Source: a virus. From it: DNA of 64,000 nt. A program made the position numbers and the translations under genes. Where the stretch lies: IMG/VR virus record IMGVR_UViG_3300006141_000001. One strand, written 5' to 3'. This document shows, piece by piece, positions 59,196 through 64,000 of this stretch; within the stretch, counting starts at the first letter, position 1; each line of letters starts with the position of its first letter. Under the pieces are notes generated by a model. It was not told where the DNA came from. It saw only the letters and a program-made list of their open reading frames with translations, and did no database searches.

Positions 59196-60209
59196 ATGGC
59201 AAATAAACCAAAAGACTTTTTGGTAAGCGCAGCGGATTTTGCGTATTATGTTGATGACGTATTGGCCTGCACAGGCAACACAAACCTGAACTCTTCTATC
59301 GAAGTTTCCATGGAAGAACAGGACGTGAATGCGGGCAAAGGGAACAAGACTGTATTCTCCTTTAAATATGGCCGCCAGTTAAGCTGTACGCTTGAAGCCG
59401 CTGATTGGAAACTTGAATATTTAGCTATGGCATCTGGCTCTAAGATTAAGGAAGGGATGGAAGATGTTTATAAAATCCAGGAATGCGTAATCTTGACAGA
59501 TGGGATTGGCGTATTGAACACAGCTCCCATTGGGGATGTTGCGGTAGAACTGCCAAATGGAACTATTGTGACACTGACGCCAGTAGGGACATCTATCGAC
59601 CTGACCAAATATGGGTTTACTACAGGCACGGATTCTGTCAAGGCTACATACCGCTACAATAGGGTTGCAAAATCTATCGCAATTGATGCGGAGTCCACAC
59701 CGCTTTGCGGGAAATTAGTACTTGATGCGGACAAGTATGACAACAAGACTGGGAAGATTGGGAGCATCCAGATTATCATCCCATCTTATCAGCTAAATGG
59801 TAATTTCAACATTGAGTTCACCCCAGATGGCGTGACATCTACTTCCTTGGAAGGGAAAGCCCTGGCTGTTGAAGGGGAGACCTGTAAAGAAGGCGCTGTA
59901 TATGCATACATCAAAGAGTTCGAGGCAAAGGAAAGCGACATTGAAGTAATTGAAATCGCCGCAACCCCTGCCGCAATCAATATCAGTACATCTGATACAG
60001 ATAAGACTACTATTTCTGTTATTGGCCTTAAGGGGTCTTTGTACTCTCCCATTGAACTGGACAATGCAGACTGTACTTTTGTATGCGACACCCCGGCAAC
60101 AGCAACGGTTGATACGGCTGGCGAAGTAACTGCTGTAGCCGCAGGCGCAGCAAAGATTACTGTGACATATGGCAATGTTTCGGATGAGGTTGATGTCATT
60201 GTATCTTAA
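59196..60209 (+). CDS. Major tail (tube) protein with C-terminal Ig-like domain
   Basis: Acidic 337 aa; ATVDTAGEVTAVAAGAAKITVTY (Big_2-like). Confidence 0.82.
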   Translation: MANKPKDFLVSAADFAYYVDDVLACTGNTNLNSSIEVSMEEQDVNAGKGNKTVFSFKYGRQLSCTLEAADWKLEYLAMASGSKIKEGMEDVYKIQECVILTDGIGVLNTAPIGDVAVELPNGTIVTLTPVGTSIDLTKYGFTTGTDSVKATYRYNRVAKSIAIDAESTPLCGKLVLDADKYDNKTGKIGSIQIIIPSYQLNGNFNIEFTPDGVTSTSLEGKALAVEGETCKEGAVYAYIKEFEAKESDIEVIEIAATPAAINISTSDTDKTTISVIGLKGSLYSPIELDNADCTFVCDTPATATVDTAGEVTAVAAGAAKITVTYGNVSDEVDVIVS

Positions 60210-60265
60210 CGGCATATTATGGGGGTTATGTAAAATAGCCTCCATAAACAATAGGAGGTGATTCG

Positions 60266-60556
60266 ATGGAAGACAATGCAGTTAATATCCAAGGCAGTCC
60301 TGACATGAATAACCCTATCCCTGATGATGAGAAAAAAATTGCCAAGAATGAGACGGCCAAGAAAAACAAGGGCAGTTACAAGACCATTGAATGCAGAGTG
60401 CTTTCTTATGACGGGAAAACTATGGCATTGGATATTGATTTTAATGGATATGGCATCCGCATTAAAAATGTCAAAGATTTTTATGGGGATAGCGTAACCA
60501 TAAAATACAGGGGCGAAATTGGCAAGCCAAACTTTGACTTTAAGCTGCAGGTATAG
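60266..60556 (+). CDS. Hypothetical protein
   Basis: 96 aa, AGGAGGTG SD. Confidence 0.7.
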   Translation: MEDNAVNIQGSPDMNNPIPDDEKKIAKNETAKKNKGSYKTIECRVLSYDGKTMALDIDFNGYGIRIKNVKDFYGDSVTIKYRGEIGKPNFDFKLQV

Positions 60557-60559
60557 GAT

Positions 60560-60739
60560 ATGTGTAAAAATGCTTATGAACGGGTTTCTGATAAAACTGG
60601 GAAAATGATGATTTTCTGCAAGAAAATGGGGAATGATGCTTCCTTATCGCAATTGTGCATTAGCCAGAAGTTCTGTCAGGACAAAGATAGGTATGTTGAG
60701 ATAAACCAAAAAAGAGACTGTAAATTTTATAATGAGTGA
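60560..60739 (+). CDS. Small Cys-rich protein (59 aa)
   Basis: MCKNAY...IFCK...LCISQKFCQ...DCKFY. Confidence 0.65.
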   Translation: MCKNAYERVSDKTGKMMIFCKKMGNDASLSQLCISQKFCQDKDRYVEINQKRDCKFYNE

Positions 60740-60839
60740 ATAATAGATTAGCGTAAAAAAGATGTATATGGGCAAGTTATGCGCTGATCTGTTACGATTT
60801 TGCGTATAGCTTGCCCATTTTTTTACAACTGAGGTGAAT

Positions 60840-61022
60840 ATGGCAAAGATTGATAGAGAATACCATTGCAACTGGTATGAAGAATTTTTATATTTAACGG
60901 AACATGGGATAAAGTACGAGTTTGTGAAGGAAATTAACGGCGTGCTTACATGGAAATTTAAGAAGAATGGGTTTTTATTTCGGACATTGGCGGATTTTTA
61001 CAGCAATGTATACACAAAATAA
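60840..61022 (+). CDS. Small protein, DUF5659-like
   Basis: EYHCNW.EE..YLTEHGIKY...TWKFKKN..LF. Confidence 0.7.
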   Translation: MAKIDREYHCNWYEEFLYLTEHGIKYEFVKEINGVLTWKFKKNGFLFRTLADFYSNVYTK

Positions 61023-61039
61023 TTTAAAGGAGTGGACTT

Positions 61040-61306
61040 ATGGAATTTTTAAATGAATATATGATTCCGATCGTATTCGGGATGTGCCTGTGCGTTGGGT
61101 ATGTGATTAAAAACTGGATTAAGGATTTAGACAACAAATATATCCCAACTATTGTATGTGTTTTAGGTATATTTTATGCCGTATGGGTTGAAGGGAAATT
61201 TGACGCAAATGTAGTATTTTGTGGCGCTATCAGCGGGTTATCCAGTACAGGGTTACACCAGGCATTCAAGCAGTTTATTGAAAGCGCTAAAAAATATCGG
61301 CAATAA
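61040..61306 (+). CDS. Phage holin
   Basis: Hydrophobic 88 aa, LCVGYVIK..DNKYIP, SGLSSTGLHQAF; precedes endolysin. Confidence 0.88.
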   Translation: MEFLNEYMIPIVFGMCLCVGYVIKNWIKDLDNKYIPTIVCVLGIFYAVWVEGKFDANVVFCGAISGLSSTGLHQAFKQFIESAKKYRQ

Positions 61307-61367
61307 CAGCTAGGCTTAAGCTTTTGTCTGCTTAGGCTTATTTTTAATAAAATAAGGAGGTATCATT

Positions 61368-62246
61368 ATGGCAATTACATGTGACAAAGTGATCAGTGTT
61401 GCAGCAAATGAAGTAGGATATTTAGAGAAAAAGAGCAATTCACAGCTGGACAGCAAGACAGCAAATGCAGGCTCCGCAAATTATACAAAGTATGGGAAAT
61501 GGTATGGGCTGAACCCCGATCTCTGGTGCGCAATGTTTATCTGTTGGATTTTTAATACAGCATATGGGGCTGCAATGGCTAAAAAATTGCTGTGCGGAAG
61601 TTTTTCTGCGGCATGTGAGACAATCAGGCAAAATTTCAAGGCCAAAGGGCAATATTATACTTCTAACCCACGTATTGGGGATGTGATATTCTTCCAGGGA
61701 TCAAGACATGCTGGCGCAAACCATATTGGTATTGTAGCAAACGTCTCAAATGGGACTGTCTATACTATTGAAGGCAATACATCTGGCGGAAGCACAGTCG
61801 TGGATAACGGCGGCGGTGTGGCAAGGAAAAGCTACCCTGTTTCTTATAGCAGGATTCTTGGTTATGGGAGGCCAAATTATGACGGCGCATCTGTACAGAA
61901 TAATAATCCATCTAATATGCCAGAAAACAAGTCTACATATTCTAAAAAACAGTTTATCAGAGATGTGCAGTCTGCAATCGGCGCAAAGGTTGATGGGGTT
62001 GCCGGGCCTGAAACATTGTCAAAAACAGTTACGGTTTCTAGGGATAAAAACAGGAAACATGCTGTGGTTAAGCCAATCCAGAAATATTTCAATGCTTTAG
62101 GATACAACTGCGGAGAAGCAGATGGCGTGGCTGGGCAGAAATTTGACTCTGCAACACAGGCATACCAGAAAGCAAAAAAATGCGTGGTGGACGGTGAAAT
62201 CACGGCAAAAAAAAATACATGGAAATCCCTGCTGGGATTACGTTAA
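61368..62246 (+). CDS. Endolysin: CHAP domain plus peptidoglycan-binding domain
   Basis: WCAMF, HIGIV, TIEGNT; VDGVAGPET, ADGVAG, VDGEIT. Confidence 0.92.
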   Translation: MAITCDKVISVAANEVGYLEKKSNSQLDSKTANAGSANYTKYGKWYGLNPDLWCAMFICWIFNTAYGAAMAKKLLCGSFSAACETIRQNFKAKGQYYTSNPRIGDVIFFQGSRHAGANHIGIVANVSNGTVYTIEGNTSGGSTVVDNGGGVARKSYPVSYSRILGYGRPNYDGASVQNNNPSNMPENKSTYSKKQFIRDVQSAIGAKVDGVAGPETLSKTVTVSRDKNRKHAVVKPIQKYFNALGYNCGEADGVAGQKFDSATQAYQKAKKCVVDGEITAKKNTWKSLLGLR

Positions 62247-62270
62247 AAAATAAAAAAGGTGGTTTTATAA

Positions 62271-62786
62271 ATGGATGCAATACAAGAATTGACTAAAATT
62301 GATTACACTTCGCTTTTTATTTCAGTATTTGTTGTTTTATTTGGGATTAAAGCTATTGTATCTGTTTTCGAATGGTTTATTGAGAAGCTTGGGCTTGAAA
62401 CTAAAGGCATGAGGAAACGGCGGGAAGAGCATGATTTGTTAATCCAGACATCACAGAACATTTCAGAATTACAGCGGAAGCATATGGAAGATATGGAATA
62501 TTCAAACAGCCGTGACGAAGAAATCTCCAAAGACATCCAGAATTTGAATGGTATGTTCTTAGATAAGGAAATTGACGACTGGAGATGGAAAATACTGGAC
62601 TTCTCTTCTGCTGTTTCTAATGGCAGGAAATATAGTAGGGAAGCATTTGACCATATCATAAAAATATATAAGAAATATGAAAAAGTCCTTAAAGAAAATG
62701 ATATGGAAAACGGCCTTGTTGACGAAAGCATGGCATTTATTAAGCGAAGGTATCAGGAACATTTAGATAAAGGCGAATGGAACTGA
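62271..62786 (+). CDS. Membrane-anchored phage protein
   Basis: N-terminal TM, coiled coil, RWKILDF...YEK...NG. Confidence 0.7.
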   Translation: MDAIQELTKIDYTSLFISVFVVLFGIKAIVSVFEWFIEKLGLETKGMRKRREEHDLLIQTSQNISELQRKHMEDMEYSNSRDEEISKDIQNLNGMFLDKEIDDWRWKILDFSSAVSNGRKYSREAFDHIIKIYKKYEKVLKENDMENGLVDESMAFIKRRYQEHLDKGEWN

Positions 62787-62820
62787 ATTACGTTTTTGAT
62801 ATAGAGAGGTATGGTTTAAT

Positions 62821-63006
62821 ATGGGGAATATAGATTATATAGACAGTTTAAAGCCTGGAAAACGGAAAAATGCTTTTTATATTAAAGCTGAGGCTATTGA
62901 CTATGAAAAAACAGGGATTCAATCATCTAAAAGTAATAAAGTTTATATCCATGTATGGGATCAAAAGCAAAAGAAGTGTGTCGGTAAATTAGTTGACCGA
63001 TATTAA
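62821..63006 (+). CDS. Hypothetical protein
   Basis: 61 aa, GAGGT SD. Confidence 0.55.
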   Translation: MGNIDYIDSLKPGKRKNAFYIKAEAIDYEKTGIQSSKSNKVYIHVWDQKQKKCVGKLVDRY

Positions 63007-63328
63007 CATTAAAAAACAACTTTAATATTTTACAGATAGGCACTCACTAATCATCCAGAAATGAAAAATATGAGAGTCTGATTTCTGGCTCTGGATGAAC
63101 TGATTAAAAATTACCTGGAAAGCAATCTTCTCCAACACTCACGGACAAATTCCCAGCAGTTAAATCAGAAACACCAATAAATATGGACATGTGCCATATA
63201 CGGAAATAATTTCACAAACATAAAACTTCAGCAGACATTTCCTTAGAATATGAACAGAAAGATTAGTGAGTGCATTCTAATTATAATTAATATGAAAGAA
63301 TTTGTTAAATAAAAAGGAGAGGCTTAAA

Positions 63329-63772
63329 ATCAGCAGAACAAAATTTAATGTAGGTAAAAATACAAACAACAGGACTTATAATGGAATAATTTTTGACTCT
63401 GTTTTAGAAATGAAGTATTACAAGGATGTTTTATTGCCATTAGCAAAAAGCGGAGAGGTTGTAAGCTATGAGCTACAAAAATCCTATGAATTACAGCCTA
63501 AATTTAAACATGATGGGAAAACTATTCAGCCAATCAAATATGTGGCTGATTTTTTTATGGTATATAAAGATGGGCATGAAGAAGTCATTGACACGAAGGG
63601 TTGCCCAGATTCAGTTGCTTTGCTGAAGAGGAAGCTTTTCTGGTATCACTACCCTAATATTGATTACAAATGGATCTGCTATTCGAAAATAGATGGGGGA
63701 TGGTGTGATTATGATTTTGTAAAAAAACAGCGGGCGAAGCGGAAAAAGGAAAAGAAAAATAAGGAATTATAA
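63329..63772 (+). CDS. DUF1064-family PD-(D/E)xK nuclease-like protein (likely ATC start)
   Basis: FDSVLE..YY, LQ..YELQPKF, YVADF, IDTKG; AGGAGAGG SD 6 nt before ATC. Confidence 0.85.
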   Translation: MSRTKFNVGKNTNNRTYNGIIFDSVLEMKYYKDVLLPLAKSGEVVSYELQKSYELQPKFKHDGKTIQPIKYVADFFMVYKDGHEEVIDTKGCPDSVALLKRKLFWYHYPNIDYKWICYSKIDGGWCDYDFVKKQRAKRKKEKKNKEL

Positions 63773-63791
63773 ATAGAAAGGAAATAATTTA

Positions 63792-63968
63792 ATGATAACA
63801 CTGGTACGCTGGTATATTTTAAAGGCAAAGGAAGTCAAAATGAAATTAACATTTTATAGGATTGCTGAAAAAGTTTTGAAAGAGACAGCAAAGATGGATG
63901 CCGAAGATTGGGCAGACAAATTTGTCAGTGCGTTTATTGAAGTTTTACATAAAAATGATGATAAATGA
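63792..63968 (+). CDS. Hypothetical protein (58 aa)
   Basis: GAAAGGA SD, open frame MITLVRWY... Confidence 0.5.
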   Translation: MITLVRWYILKAKEVKMKLTFYRIAEKVLKETAKMDAEDWADKFVSAFIEVLHKNDDK

Positions 63969-64000
63969 TTTAAGCATATTAAGGAAAACCTAAAATAATT

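Larger units (their letters stand above)
1..64000. mobile_element. Segment of a large SPbeta-like temperate phage / prophage (ends not in window)
   Basis: YonO-like RNAP, HU, terminase-portal-capsid-tail order like the SPbeta yon/yom cluster, holin-endolysin, antirepressors, tRNAs; no host core genes. Confidence 0.92.

Overview
The whole 64 kb window is part of a large, AT-rich SPbeta-like temperate siphophage (or phage-plasmid) of a Clostridia-type Firmicute; no host housekeeping genes are visible. From left to right it holds: (1) a leftward early/establishment unit with an XRE regulator, ArdC anti-restriction protein, a ~1.1 kb GC-rich hairpin-dense non-coding leader and two small membrane peptides with an antisense promoter; (2) a ~3.9 kb non-coding control region with palindromes, iteron-like repeats, an IS200 insertion and a duplicated cruciform element; (3) a replication/regulation block with a putative initiator, UvrD helicase, DNA MTase, BRO and ParB-like proteins, a deaminase and a CoiA-like nuclease; (4) a YonO-like single-subunit RNA polymerase followed by a 210-aa helical protein, a ~356-nt structured RNA containing a 7-nt periodic array, tRNAs, a beta-CASP nuclease, ClpP, a phosphoesterase, HU and a tyrosine recombinase; (5) a fibre/adhesin cluster with a glycosyltransferase; (6) terminase, portal, head and tail genes, then holin and endolysin. 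The best candidate for an undescribed system is the 210-aa protein plus its downstream heptamer-repeat ncRNA (20974-21980). Also notable are the large structured leader RNA, repeated ATT/ATA/ATC starts behind strong Shine-Dalgarno sequences, and five dispersed ~60-aa putative paralogues. All product calls come from motif recognition and gene order, with no database searches.
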